Source: an uncultured delta proteobacterium
GTDB lineage: Bacteria; Desulfobacterota; Syntrophorhabdia; Syntrophorhabdales; WCHB1-27
DNA length: 64,000 nt
Direction of reading: 5' to 3'
NCBI GenBank assembly: GCA_963810935.1
Contig: CAWEPK010000005.1
Span: forward strand, 128,001 to 192,000
Program-made: the position numbers and the translations under genes
The notes under the pieces: model-generated
Database searches by the model: none
What the model was told of the DNA's origin: nothing
What the model saw: the letters and a program-made list of their open reading frames with translations, nothing else
Shown here: piece by piece, positions 28,646-38,777 of the stretch
Layout: every line of letters starts with the position of its first letter
How positions within the stretch are numbered: the stretch's first letter is position 1

Positions 28646-29869
28646 ATGAGAGCGATCATTTACAAAGGGCCTTACATCATCGGTCTTGATAATGTCGAGG
28701 ACCCGGTTATCGAGCAGCCGGGCGACGCGATAGTCAAAGTCACATCGAGCGGCATATGCGGCAGCGACCTGCACATGTACGAAGGAAGGACGGCGGCGGG
28801 GCCGGGCGTGGTCTTCGGCCATGAGATCATGGGCACGGTGCATGAGACCGGCGGCGGCGTCTTCTCGATCAAAAAAGGCGACCGCGTAGTCCTGCCCTTC
28901 AATATAAGCTGCGGCGTCTGCTTCAACTGCACGAGGGGCTACTACAACTCATGCCTGACTGCCAACCCGGAAGGCGCCAGTGCAGCATACGGCTACGTAG
29001 GCATGGGCCCGTTCCGTGGGGGACAGGCGGAGTACGTACGTGTACCATACGCGGACGTCAACTGCCTGAAGCTTCCCGGCAAGCCGGGAGACGACCTCGA
29101 GGACGATTTCCTTTTGCTTTCGGACGTCTTCCCTACGGGTTATCACGGCGCGGAAATGGCAGGCGTGGAGCCCGGCATGAGCGTCGCCGTCTTCGGCGCG
29201 GGCCCGGTCGGGCTGCTCGCTGCGTACAGCTCGCTTTTGAAAGGGGCCTCCGAGGTTTACGTTGTCGATTGCGTCAAGGCGCGGCTCGACAAGGCCCGCC
29301 ACATAGGCGCCATCCCGGTTGATTTCTCGAAGGGCGACCCCGTGGAGCAGATATTCGAGCTGAGAAAGCACAACGCGGGCATCGCCGGGTCGTGGAGGCC
29401 GGGAGAGGAGAAGATGGCAGGGGTCATGTGCGGGATAGACGCGGTAGGCTATGAGGCGCTCGACACCTCGAACCCCAAACAGCAGAACCCCGCTCAGGTG
29501 ATAAACGACCTCGTAAGGGTAGTGAACCCGACCGGAAAGATCGGCGTAGTCGGGGTCTACCTGCCTTCGGACCCGGGAGGCATAAACGAGACTGCCAAAA
29601 AGGGCGAGTATAATATTGCCTTTGGCAAGATCTTCGAGAAGGCCATCGCTTTCGGCACCGGCCAGGCCATAGTGAAGAAATACAACGCGTACCTCAGGGA
29701 CCTGATCATTGACGGCAGGGCGAAGCCGAGCTTCATCGTGAGCCATCGCCTGCCCCTGGAGGACGCTGTATCGGCTTACGACAAATTCGATAAGAGGACG
29801 GACGGCTATACGAAGGTGATCTTAAAGCCGCTCATGAAGAAGGCCGAGCGGGCCAAGCGCGCGGCCTAG
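28646..29869 (+). CDS. Glutathione-independent formaldehyde dehydrogenase family (Zn-dependent MDR)
   Basis: 'ICGSDLH', 'GHE', 'CGVCFNC', 'LSDVFPTGYH', 'GAGPVG'; AAGGAGG SD. Confidence 0.88.
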   Translation: MRAIIYKGPYIIGLDNVEDPVIEQPGDAIVKVTSSGICGSDLHMYEGRTAAGPGVVFGHEIMGTVHETGGGVFSIKKGDRVVLPFNISCGVCFNCTRGYYNSCLTANPEGASAAYGYVGMGPFRGGQAEYVRVPYADVNCLKLPGKPGDDLEDDFLLLSDVFPTGYHGAEMAGVEPGMSVAVFGAGPVGLLAAYSSLLKGASEVYVVDCVKARLDKARHIGAIPVDFSKGDPVEQIFELRKHNAGIAGSWRPGEEKMAGVMCGIDAVGYEALDTSNPKQQNPAQVINDLVRVVNPTGKIGVVGVYLPSDPGGINETAKKGEYNIAFGKIFEKAIAFGTGQAIVKKYNAYLRDLIIDGRAKPSFIVSHRLPLEDAVSAYDKFDKRTDGYTKVILKPLMKKAERAKRAA

Positions 29870-29894
29870 GTTGGGGCTCAACGCACGCGGGGGA

Positions 29895-30527
29895 TCAGGC
29901 GGAAAGGAGGTCCTTCACCTTCCGCATGTCCGCGTAGGCGTCGCCCATCGCGCTTTGGTTCCGCAGCAGGAAGGAAGGGTGGTAGGTGGGCAACAGCTTG
30001 ATGCCTCTGTACTCGGTGAGTTGTCCGCGTATCTTCGTTATCCGCGCATCGACGCCGAGAAGTGTATTGTACGCGTGCTTGCCCAACGTGCAGATAAGCA
30101 GGGGGTTTATCGTCTCGAGCTGCGCGCTCAGGTAGTCCTTGCACGCCTCGACCTCCACCGGCTCCGGGTCCCGGTTGCCCGGCGGCCTGCACTTCAGGAC
30201 GTTGCAGATATAGACGTCCTGCCGCTTGAAGCCTATGCTCTCGATCATCTTGTCGAGCAACTTGCCTGCCCGTCCGACGAAGGGCCTGCCCTGCCGGTCT
30301 TCTTCCTCCCCCGGCGCCTCGCCCACGAAGACTAACCGCGCAGCCTCGTCGCCTTCACCGAAGACGACGGTACTGCGGCTCGCAGAAAGGCCGCACCTGG
30401 TGCAGGCGGCAGCCTTCAGCCGGACGCGGTCAAGCGTCTGCCGCTCTTCTGCGCCGGAGACGTAGTGGTCGATGCCCATTTTATGGAGGGCCGCCAGAAA
30501 GCGTTTCGGGTCGTCTATCGTTTTCAT
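29895..30527 (-). CDS. Uracil-DNA glycosylase, family 4
   Basis: 'CTRC', 'GEAPG', 'PFVGRAG', 'KCRPPGNR', 'YHPS'. Confidence 0.93.
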   Translation of the reverse strand: MKTIDDPKRFLAALHKMGIDHYVSGAEERQTLDRVRLKAAACTRCGLSASRSTVVFGEGDEAARLVFVGEAPGEEEDRQGRPFVGRAGKLLDKMIESIGFKRQDVYICNVLKCRPPGNRDPEPVEVEACKDYLSAQLETINPLLICTLGKHAYNTLLGVDARITKIRGQLTEYRGIKLLPTYHPSFLLRNQSAMGDAYADMRKVKDLLSA

Positions 30528-30530
30528 CGC

Positions 30531-31991
30531 TTAACCGAAGGCGTCGGGCAGCTTTTTGAGCTTCTTCTCCGCCTCGAAAAGGTACGCGGCCTGGAGCATG
30601 CGTGACTCGCCCAGGGGCTTCCCTATGATCTGCAGGCCGATGGGCAGGCCGCGGCTGTCGAAGCCGCACGGCAGCGACATGCCGGGCAGGCCGGCCAGGT
30701 TGACCGGTATCGTGAAAATGTCCGAGAGGTACATGGTCAGCGGGTCTTCCGTCTTTTCGCCGATCTTGAAAGCCGTTGTGGGCGAGACGGGCGTGACGAT
30801 CAGGTCGCACAGGCCGAAGGCCGCGTCGAAATCGCGCTTTATGAGCGTCCTGACCTGCCCGGCCTTCCTGTAATAGGCGTCGTAGTACCCCGACGACAGG
30901 ACATAGGTGCCGAGGATGATGCGCATCTTCACTTCCCGGCCGAAGCCCGCCGAGCGTGTTTTTTTGTACATGTCGATGATGTCTTTTCCGTCGACCCTCA
31001 TGCCGTATTTAACCCCGTCGTAGCGGGCGAGGTTCGAAGATGCCTCCGCAGTGGCGATGATATAGTAGATCGCCACTGCGTATTGCGTGTGGGGCAGCGA
31101 GACGGGCACCACCGTGGCGCCGAGATGCTCGAACGTCTTGATCGACGACTCGACCGCCTCCTTCACCTCACGGTCCATGCCCTCGATGAAATATTCGGCG
31201 GGTATGCCGATTTTGAGTCCCTTGATATCCTTGCCGAGGCCCGCCGCGTAATCGGGGACGGGCTGCGGTATCGACGTCGAGTCCATACGGTCGTGCCCGG
31301 CTATTGCCTTGAGGACAACGGCGCAGTCTTCGACGCTACGCGTGATCGGCCCTATCTGGTCGAGGGACGAGGCGAAGGCGACGAGGCCGTAACGCGATAC
31401 CCTGCCGTACGTGGGCTTGAGGCCCACTGCACCGCACAGGCTGGCCGGCTGCCTGATGGAGCCTCCCGTGTCGGTCCCCAGCGCAGCGGCGCAGAGGCCC
31501 GACATCACCGCAGCCGCCGACCCGCCGCTCGACCCGCCGGGTATGCGTGTCAGGTCCCAGGGGTTCTTCGTAACTTGGTAAGAAGAGTTCTCAGTGGACG
31601 ATCCCATAGCGAACTCGTCCATATTGAGCCTGCCGAGATGGACGTAGCCGCCCTCGTTCAGCCTCTTAACGACCGTTGCGTCGTAAGGCGGGCGGAAACC
31701 TTTCAGTATCTGCGAGGCGCATGTCGTCTCGATGCCCTTAGTGCAGAAGATGTCCTTCATGCCGAAAGGTATGCCCGTCAGCTCGCCGTCGCTTCCTTCG
31801 CGTATCCGCCTGTCCGCCTCACTTGCCATCGCGAGCGCCGTCTCCTCGGTTGTGCGGAGATAGGCGCCTACTTTTCCGTCGTGCTCCTTTATCCTGTCGA
31901 GGTAGAAGCGCGTCAGCTCGTATGATGTGATCTCCCCTTTTTTCAGGAGGTCCCTTACTTCCTTTATGCCTTTATGCAGAAGCTCTTTCAT
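30531..31991 (-). CDS. gatA: Asp/Glu-tRNA amidotransferase subunit A
   Basis: '[10 protein letters not shown]', 'PGGSSGGS', '[10 protein letters not shown]', 'SSNLARYDG'. Confidence 0.97.
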   Translation of the reverse strand: MKELLHKGIKEVRDLLKKGEITSYELTRFYLDRIKEHDGKVGAYLRTTEETALAMASEADRRIREGSDGELTGIPFGMKDIFCTKGIETTCASQILKGFRPPYDATVVKRLNEGGYVHLGRLNMDEFAMGSSTENSSYQVTKNPWDLTRIPGGSSGGSAAAVMSGLCAAALGTDTGGSIRQPASLCGAVGLKPTYGRVSRYGLVAFASSLDQIGPITRSVEDCAVVLKAIAGHDRMDSTSIPQPVPDYAAGLGKDIKGLKIGIPAEYFIEGMDREVKEAVESSIKTFEHLGATVVPVSLPHTQYAVAIYYIIATAEASSNLARYDGVKYGMRVDGKDIIDMYKKTRSAGFGREVKMRIILGTYVLSSGYYDAYYRKAGQVRTLIKRDFDAAFGLCDLIVTPVSPTTAFKIGEKTEDPLTMYLSDIFTIPVNLAGLPGMSLPCGFDSRGLPIGLQIIGKPLGESRMLQAAYLFEAEKKLKKLPDAFG

Positions 31992-32028
31992 ACCGTCTCC
32001 TTGAAATGCCGGCAGCCGCCCTATCTAA

Positions 32029-32322
32029 TTAGTCCGTCTCTATGATGGGCGGCACCTTGAAGAAACCGTCTTCCCGCGCGGGCGCGTTAGAGACTGCGGC
32101 TCCGGCCTCCAGGTTGTTATCGACGGTGTCCGACCTAAACACGTTCACCGCGGGTATCGCATGGGTCGTAGGGTCTATACCGGTCGTGTCCAGCGAGTTG
32201 AGCTGGTCCATGTACGCGAGTATGCCGTCTATCTGTCCGGTGTACATCTCCACTTCGGCAGGCAGGAGCTCTAGCCTTGCCAGGTGCGCCACATATTCCA
32301 CTACGTCTTTCGTGATCTTCAT
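32029..32322 (-). CDS. gatC: Asp/Glu-tRNA amidotransferase subunit C
   Basis: 'VAHLARL', 'NAP...GFFKVP'; directly upstream of gatA. Confidence 0.93.
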   Translation of the reverse strand: MKITKDVVEYVAHLARLELLPAEVEMYTGQIDGILAYMDQLNSLDTTGIDPTTHAIPAVNVFRSDTVDNNLEAGAAVSNAPAREDGFFKVPPIIETD

Positions 32323-32329
32323 TTGCACC

Positions 32330-32704
32330 TCATTCGCATGCTGCGACCGCCTTTATCAGATCGCCCCTCGTGACTATGCCGACGAGCTTGTCGCTATCTA
32401 CGACCGGCACCCGGTTTATGCCCTTGTCTATCATGATTTTCGCGACGCTGACGGCGGGCTCCGTCGAGGCCACCGTAACGATCTCCTTCGTCATAACGTC
32501 CTCCACCGAAATGTCCTGGAGGGCGCCGCCGGATTTGAGTCCCCTCAGGATATCCGTCTGGGTCACTACCCCAACGATTATGCTCTTCTCGACGACCGGC
32601 ATTCCGGCGATGTGGAACAGCTCCAGCTTGTTGACTATGACGGACAGCTTCTCCAAGGGATGACACGTCACTACGTTTTTGTTCATTACCTCGGCTACCT
32701 TCAT
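32330..32704 (-). CDS. Stand-alone CBS-pair protein
   Basis: Two CBS motifs: 'PVVE...VGVVTQTD' and 'PVVD..KLVGIVTRGD'. Confidence 0.88.
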   Translation of the reverse strand: MKVAEVMNKNVVTCHPLEKLSVIVNKLELFHIAGMPVVEKSIIVGVVTQTDILRGLKSGGALQDISVEDVMTKEIVTVASTEPAVSVAKIMIDKGINRVPVVDSDKLVGIVTRGDLIKAVAACE

Positions 32705-32727
32705 TCCCCCAACCCCCCTTTTTCCCT

Positions 32728-33948
32728 TTACAATGGCTCCCCGAACAACACCACTTCGTGCAGGTACTTCTGGAACGACTCCACCGCCTTCATGGCCTTG
32801 CGGAGTTTCCCCGACTCCTCGGCCGCGAGACGCGCGGGGTCTACATAGTTCTGGCCGTCCTGGCCTTCCGTGCCGATCTGGCCCATAATGCGAAAGCGGG
32901 CAAACAACAGGTACGCCTCGATCAAATCGGAGGCCGTATCCTTTTTGACTGCGTTCATCTCCCTGAGCCTTTTGATTCTCTTCAGCGTGTTCGTCTCATA
33001 GAGCCCTTCAGCGAGCGCCAGGGCGCGGACGGACGTAATCAGGGGCGACCATCCGAGGAGCTTGACGTTGAACGTCCCTTTGCGGTCCCCGTCCGCCTCC
33101 AGCCTGAACCTGCCGAAGAAGCCCAGGGCCGTGGGCATGGCTACGGCCGTTTCCGTGATCTGCTTCATTATATGCCTGTTCTCCCGGAGCAGGAGGAAGA
33201 ACCGGTCGAGGACTGCGTCGAAAAGCCGCCTGTCGCCGTACATCACGCGCGCGTCCGTTATGACGATAAGGTCGAGAAGCTCCGGCGTCTCTCCGCCCTG
33301 GAGGGTCCTTTCGATCCTGTCCGTCCAATCCCTTACGGAGCCGCGCCATTTTTGGTTGGACGGCATGATCCCGCCCTTGCACTTCTCGAACCCTACCTCG
33401 GCCAGCCTCTCCATCGCGCGGCCGCTGAATTCACCGTAATAGCGCTCCGCTTCTGCCGGCCGGTCCGTTTCGCCGTCCGGGGCCGCGTAGACCAGCATAT
33501 TGTCCTGGTCCGTCAGGAAGGTCTGCTCGTCCCGCCCCTCGCTGCCGAGACCGATCCAACAATAACCGGAAGGAGGCCGGCCGAAGCCTGCGGACTCCAT
33601 CTCCTGCTCGACCAGGGTGAGCACGCGGCTCGTAAGACGGTCCCTCACGATGCGGAAAAGGTCGTGCACGTCCGGGACGGTCTGCTCCTCGCCGAAGTAA
33701 ATCTTCATACCTTCGACGGAAGTGGTGTGATATTTCCTGAGGAGCTCGAAGTCCTTCGCGGAATCGATGCTTTCGAGCACCCTGTTAAGCTCCGATTCGA
33801 AGCGCTCCGCGTCGCGCAGCGCCTCCCAGAGCGTCTGCCTCAAGCTGACCAGGATATCATAGCGGTCGTGGCGCAGCAGCGTCCGGTCGTGCATGGCCGC
33901 GCCGTATTCGGCAACGAACCTGTCCACGATGGAAAAATTAAGCGCCAT
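32728..33948 (-). CDS. DUF294 putative nucleotidyltransferase (DUF294 plus DUF294_C)
   Basis: 'GLGSEGRDEQTFLTDQDN', 'CKGGIMPSN..W', 'PTALGFFG', 'TNTLKRI'. Confidence 0.85.
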   Translation of the reverse strand: MALNFSIVDRFVAEYGAAMHDRTLLRHDRYDILVSLRQTLWEALRDAERFESELNRVLESIDSAKDFELLRKYHTTSVEGMKIYFGEEQTVPDVHDLFRIVRDRLTSRVLTLVEQEMESAGFGRPPSGYCWIGLGSEGRDEQTFLTDQDNMLVYAAPDGETDRPAEAERYYGEFSGRAMERLAEVGFEKCKGGIMPSNQKWRGSVRDWTDRIERTLQGGETPELLDLIVITDARVMYGDRRLFDAVLDRFFLLLRENRHIMKQITETAVAMPTALGFFGRFRLEADGDRKGTFNVKLLGWSPLITSVRALALAEGLYETNTLKRIKRLREMNAVKKDTASDLIEAYLLFARFRIMGQIGTEGQDGQNYVDPARLAAEESGKLRKAMKAVESFQKYLHEVVLFGEPL

Positions 33949-36590
33949 CAGCCCCTCAGGAGCCCCTCCAGCATCGTCTTGCTCGCAACGAGCTTTTCCC
34001 TCTTGCGGCGCAGCTCCTCGAAATTGGCCTCTTCTTTCTTGAGGACTTCCTCGGGCGCCTTCTCCCTGAATGCCCTGTTGTTTATCTTGTTGAAAACGCG
34101 GTCTATCTCCACCGCGACCTTCGCCAGCTCCTTTTCGGTCCTGGCCTTTTCCCGGTCTATGACGCCCGGGTCCGTGATCGGGACAAAGACTTCGATGTCT
34201 TTGAATATGCCGAGGGCTGCCCGTTTCGGGGCCTCGCCCGTCACATACCCGATCTCGGAGACGCGGGCAAGGTCCCTGATATAGTACCCGTAAGTCTCCA
34301 GAAGCGGCCTGTAGCTGTCCGTACGTATCTGTACCTGCACCTTTTCGCTGGGCGCAAACCCCATCTCTCCCCTTACGTTCCTGATCGCGTCTATGACGCC
34401 CATGACCAGGCCCATCTGCCCTTCAGCCTCTTCGTCGATCCGGTTGTTATCGACCTCGGGGAAAGGCGCGATCATGATGCTGTCGGCGTCTTTCGCGGGC
34501 AGCCTCTGGTAGATCTCCTCCGTCATGAACGGCATAAACGGATGGAGCAGCTTGAGCGCGTCGGTGAGGGTCGCAAGCAGACAAGAGGCCGTAGGCGCCA
34601 GGTCGAATGCCGTCACCTTTCCATAGAAGTTGGGTTTGACCGCCTCCAGGTACCAGTCGCACAGCTCATGCCAGATAAAACCGTAAAGGCTGTGGGCCGC
34701 GTCGCTGAACCTATACGTCTCGATCGCCTCACGCACTTCCCGGGTCACTTTTTGCAGGCGTGACCTGATCCACCTGTCCGGCAGGAAGCCGGAAGGGCCG
34801 GCCGGCGCCACAGACGGGACCGGCGCGTTTTCCATCAGGGACATCGTCAGCCGGGCGGCGTTCCATACCTTGTTGACGAAGTTCCTGTTGCCCTCGATGC
34901 GCTCCTCCGACAGGAGGACGTCCCTGCCCTGGGCAGCCAGCATGGCGAAGGTGAACCTGAAGGAGTCGGTCCCGTAGCTGTCGATTATCACGAGGGGGTC
35001 GATGACGTTCCCCTTCGACTTGCTCATCTTCTTGCCTTCCGCGTCCCTTACGAGGGCGTGTATGTAGACGTCCCGGAAGGGTACGTCTCCCATGAAGTGC
35101 ATGCCCATCATGATCATACGGGCGACCCAGAAAAAGAGGATGTCGAAGCCTGTTACGAGAAGAGACGTGGGGTAAAAAGTCTTGAGGTCGTCGGTTGCGT
35201 CCGGCCAGCCCAAGGTGGACAAGGGCCAGAGGCCCGAGGAAAACCAGGTGTCGAGCACGTCCGACTCCTGCCTGACGGGCCCTGCGCACTTGGGACATGA
35301 CGTGATGTCCTCGCGGGAGGCATATACGCCGTCGCAGCTATCGCAATACCAGACGGGGATGCGGTGCCCCCACCATATCTGCCTGGATATGCACCAGTCC
35401 TTGATGTTCTCCATCCACTCGAAATAGACCTTTTCCCACATCTCGGGGATGATCGCCACGCGCCGGTCGCGCACTGCGGCTATTGCGGGCTCTGCGAGCG
35501 GTTTCATGCGGACGAACCACTGGAGCGAGACTATCGGCTCGACTATAGTCTTGCACCTGTAGCACCTTCCGATAATAAGCGCGTAGTCTTCGATCTTTTC
35601 CAGCAGGCCCGCAGCACGCAGGTCCTCTACGATGCGCTCCCTGGCGGCAAAGCGGTCCATACCCTTGTAGCTGCCCGCCTGCTCGTTCATACTGCCGCCG
35701 TCGTCGATGACCTTGATCACCTGGAGGTTGTGCTTCTTGCCGATCTCGAAGTCGTTGAAGTCGTGGCCGGGCGTTATCTTGAGCGCGCCAGTCCCGAAAG
35801 CCACGTCGACGTAGGGGTCGCCTATAAGGGGTATCTTCCGCTCCGTAAGGGGCAGGACCAGCTCCTTGCCGATGAGCCGCGCATACCTCTCGTCTTCCGG
35901 GTTGACCGCAACGGCGGTGTCCCCGAGCATCGTTTCGGGCCTCGTCGTCGCTACGGTGACCGACCCGGAGCCGTCCGCGAAAGGGTATTTGATGTAATAG
36001 AGGTGCCCTTTCGTCTCTTCATGCTCGACTTCTACGTCCGAAAGGGCCGTCTTGCACCGGGGGCACCAGTTGATGATATAGTCTCCCCGGTATATCAGGC
36101 CCTCCTCGAAGAGCCTCACGAAGACCTCGCGCACGGCGCGGCTGAGGCCTGAGTCCATGGTGAACCGCTCGCGGGTCCAGTCGCAGGACGCGCCGAGCCG
36201 CTTCAACTGCTCGATAATGCCGCCCCCCGATTTTTCTTTCCACTCCCATACCCTATTTATGAAGGCCTCTCTACCCAATTGGTCCGCGCTCAGGCCCTCT
36301 TTGGCCAGCTCCCTTTCGACGACGTTCTGCGTGGCTATGCCCGCGTGGTCCGTTCCAGGCACCCAGAGGGCGTTAAAGCCTGCCATCCTCTTATAGCGGG
36401 TCATGATGTCCTGAAGCGTATTATTCAGGGCATGGCCCATATGGAGCACGCCCGTAACGTTGGGCGGGGGGATCACCATCGAAAAAGGGGGTTTTTTTGA
36501 AACGGCCTGGGCGGTGAAGTAGCCCTTCTCCATCCAGAAGGAATACCACTTCCGCTCGACCTGCTTTGGATCGTATACCTTATCTATCAC
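33948..36590 (-). CDS. valS: Valine--tRNA ligase
   Basis: 'PPPNVTGVLHMGHA', 'DWCISRQIWWGH', 'KMSKS', C-terminal coiled coil. Confidence 0.98.
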   Translation of the reverse strand: MIDKVYDPKQVERKWYSFWMEKGYFTAQAVSKKPPFSMVIPPPNVTGVLHMGHALNNTLQDIMTRYKRMAGFNALWVPGTDHAGIATQNVVERELAKEGLSADQLGREAFINRVWEWKEKSGGGIIEQLKRLGASCDWTRERFTMDSGLSRAVREVFVRLFEEGLIYRGDYIINWCPRCKTALSDVEVEHEETKGHLYYIKYPFADGSGSVTVATTRPETMLGDTAVAVNPEDERYARLIGKELVLPLTERKIPLIGDPYVDVAFGTGALKITPGHDFNDFEIGKKHNLQVIKVIDDGGSMNEQAGSYKGMDRFAARERIVEDLRAAGLLEKIEDYALIIGRCYRCKTIVEPIVSLQWFVRMKPLAEPAIAAVRDRRVAIIPEMWEKVYFEWMENIKDWCISRQIWWGHRIPVWYCDSCDGVYASREDITSCPKCAGPVRQESDVLDTWFSSGLWPLSTLGWPDATDDLKTFYPTSLLVTGFDILFFWVARMIMMGMHFMGDVPFRDVYIHALVRDAEGKKMSKSKGNVIDPLVIIDSYGTDSFRFTFAMLAAQGRDVLLSEERIEGNRNFVNKVWNAARLTMSLMENAPVPSVAPAGPSGFLPDRWIRSRLQKVTREVREAIETYRFSDAAHSLYGFIWHELCDWYLEAVKPNFYGKVTAFDLAPTASCLLATLTDALKLLHPFMPFMTEEIYQRLPAKDADSIMIAPFPEVDNNRIDEEAEGQMGLVMGVIDAIRNVRGEMGFAPSEKVQVQIRTDSYRPLLETYGYYIRDLARVSEIGYVTGEAPKRAALGIFKDIEVFVPITDPGVIDREKARTEKELAKVAVEIDRVFNKINNRAFREKAPEEVLKKEEANFEELRRKREKLVASKTMLEGLLRG

Positions 36591-37490
36591 TCGCCGGGCT
36601 CCTTCAGCAGTTTATCTATTTCGTCCCTGACCACCTTCTCCGTGGTCTCAAGCAATATCTGCCTCACATATTCTTCTACGTACCGGGCCAGGACGGGCGC
36701 AAGCCGGGCAGACATCTTTTTCGCAGCCTCGGCAACAGCCTGTTCGAGGGCCTCCGTAAATTGCCTTTCAAGCTCGGGCCGGGAAGGCAAACCAGCATCA
36801 TTCGGCGCGCCCGGCGCCTCCTTGGAGGGAACGCCGCACGTTGTCCATCGCGTCCCGCAGTTGCTTCCCTATCGCCTGGCGGAGCGTCGGAGCTTCCCCC
36901 GCGTCCGCCTGTTTTCCGTCTTTTCCGGCTGCCGTCCCCTCGTGTGCGCGAGCGGCAGCGGGCGGCTCCGCGACGGGCCGGGCGGCAGGGGCTTCCGCGG
37001 CTGCGCGGGCGGCTGGCGGCTCGACAGGTACGCGGGGCACAGCGGGCTCCCTCGGCGCCTCTTCACGGGCGCGTTTCCTGCTCTCCCTTGCCTCACCGGG
37101 GGGCTTCTCTTCGATCAGGTCAGTCAGCTCGATCACCTCGTCGTCGCCCGTTACGGCCTCATAGAGCTTGAAGAAATTTATCGGCTTTTCCACTATGCCG
37201 TCCGCCTGATGTTCCGAAAGGTCCGTCTTGTCGCCCTCATCCTTGAGGAAAAAGAAACCGGCCGCATCGAGATAGCCCTCCTGCTGCAGCTTCTTATAGA
37301 CGTCGATGCCTCCCGTTTTGGGAAGGTTGACGTTGACGATGTAAAAGTCGGCGTTGATCCTGCCTGCTATGCGCTCGACCTCTTTGCCGTTCGACGCGTA
37401 GAAGATCTCGTACTGCTCTTTCGAGAAGACCGTCATGAACGCCTGCCGGATTTTCTCGTCCCTGTCCGCAACGACTATCGTTTTTCTCAT
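36587..37490 (-). CDS. RomR-like protein (atypical receiver, Pro/Ala linker, Glu-rich C-terminal helix); apparent frameshift at about 36800-36840
   Basis: ORFs 36798-37490 and 36587-36790 join in the +1 frame ('...GVPSKEAPGAPNDAGLPSRPELE'); the second ORF's stop overlaps the valS start. Confidence 0.6.
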
Positions 37491-37499
37491 CTGTTCCCC

Positions 37500-38537
37500 C
37501 TAAACGGGTATCTTCCAAGGCATGGGAAGAAATATCTTCTCGAAGAGGTTGAAGGCGTAACGGTCCGTCATACCCGCCACGAAATCGCAGACGCAGGTGG
37601 CCTGGTCTGCGTAGAATGACTTCGCGGAGGTCTCCTCCAGGAAGGCGTCCGGCTTTCCCAGGAAGTAGCGGTAAATGTCTTCGACGATCCGCGAGCACTT
37701 GTTGAATTCATCGTGGACTACGACGTTGTCGTAGACGTTCCTGTAAAGGAAATCGCGCAACAGGAGAATCGACTCCTCGATCTCCGGCTCTATGGCGATG
37801 GTCTTTTTCTTCAGGGTCTCGCCTATGACGGACCTGACCATGCGGTCGATCCTGGCCGAATGCGTGTCGCCCAGGGACTTCCTGCACGGACCCGGCAGGT
37901 CGTCCAGCTTGATTACTCCTCCCCTAATTGCATCGTCGATATCGTGGTTGATATAGGCTATGACGTCGGCCACCCGGACTACCTCGGCCTCACGCGTCAG
38001 GGGCTTGTCCGCGTCGCGGCATATAATGATCTCCCCCCTGCCTTTAGAATGCCTCAGTATGCCGTCCCTCACCTCGATAGTGAGGTTGAGGCCCTGGCCG
38101 TCCCTCTCCAGGAAATCGACTACCCTGACGCTTTGCTCGTTATGGCGGAAACCGCCCGGATGTATGCTGTTCAGGACTGCTTCCCCGGCGTGGCCGAAGG
38201 GCGTATGCCCCAGGTCGTGCCCGAGTGCGATCGCCTCCACCAGGTCCTCGTTCAAAAGGAGCGACTTGGCTATCGTCCGCGCGACCTGTGAGACCTCCAG
38301 CGTATGGGTCAGGCGCGTCCGGTAATGGTCGTCGGTGGGAAAAAGAAATACCTGCGTTTTATACTTCAGTCTTCGGAATGCCTTGCAGTGGACGATTTTA
38401 TCGCGGTCGTGCTGAAACGCCGGCCTTATGTCGCAGGGCGTCTCTTCCCGGAGCCGTCCCCTCGTGCACCGGCTCTTCTGTGCAGACGGTGAAAGATTCC
38501 TTTCCTCCCTTTCTTCTAATTCTTCCCTGATAGTCAT
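37500..38537 (-). CDS. dgt: Deoxyguanosinetriphosphate triphosphohydrolase
   Basis: 'FRRLKYKTQVF', 'RTRLTHTLEV', 'HDLGHTPFGHAGE', 'AGMTDRYA'. Confidence 0.95.
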   Translation of the reverse strand: MTIREELEEREERNLSPSAQKSRCTRGRLREETPCDIRPAFQHDRDKIVHCKAFRRLKYKTQVFLFPTDDHYRTRLTHTLEVSQVARTIAKSLLLNEDLVEAIALGHDLGHTPFGHAGEAVLNSIHPGGFRHNEQSVRVVDFLERDGQGLNLTIEVRDGILRHSKGRGEIIICRDADKPLTREAEVVRVADVIAYINHDIDDAIRGGVIKLDDLPGPCRKSLGDTHSARIDRMVRSVIGETLKKKTIAIEPEIEESILLLRDFLYRNVYDNVVVHDEFNKCSRIVEDIYRYFLGKPDAFLEETSAKSFYADQATCVCDFVAGMTDRYAFNLFEKIFLPMPWKIPV

Positions 38538-38604
38538 AATGGATAGGCGCGATAATACAGGCTAATCTATCACAAACAGACCGTTATTTCAATATTAACA
38601 AGGG

Positions 38605-38739
38605 GGGTGGCTGCATATGAGGCGCAGATTTGGGTGAGCGCGAGCCCGAGGAACGGAGACGTACTCTTTTGTACGTCGGAGTCCCGCAGGGCGAAGCGCG
38701 ATCCCAAAGATGCGCCTCAGACGCCGCCTAGCCGCACCC
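38605..38739. other. 135-nt imperfect long-hairpin element (MITE/REP-like or ncRNA)
   Basis: Nested helices TGAGGCGCA/TGCGCCTCA, TTTGGG/CCCAAA, GCGC/GCGC, GCCC/GGGC, GACGTAC-TCTTTT-GTACGTC. Confidence 0.7.
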
Positions 38740-38777
38740 GCTTGAACGGCTTCCGGTTTGGTTATATACTAAACCTT

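Noticed and set aside
36795..36800. TGA in the RomR-like gene as selenocysteine or readthrough
   Set aside because: The plausible continuation lies in a different frame and the same frame stops again shortly after; this fits an indel.
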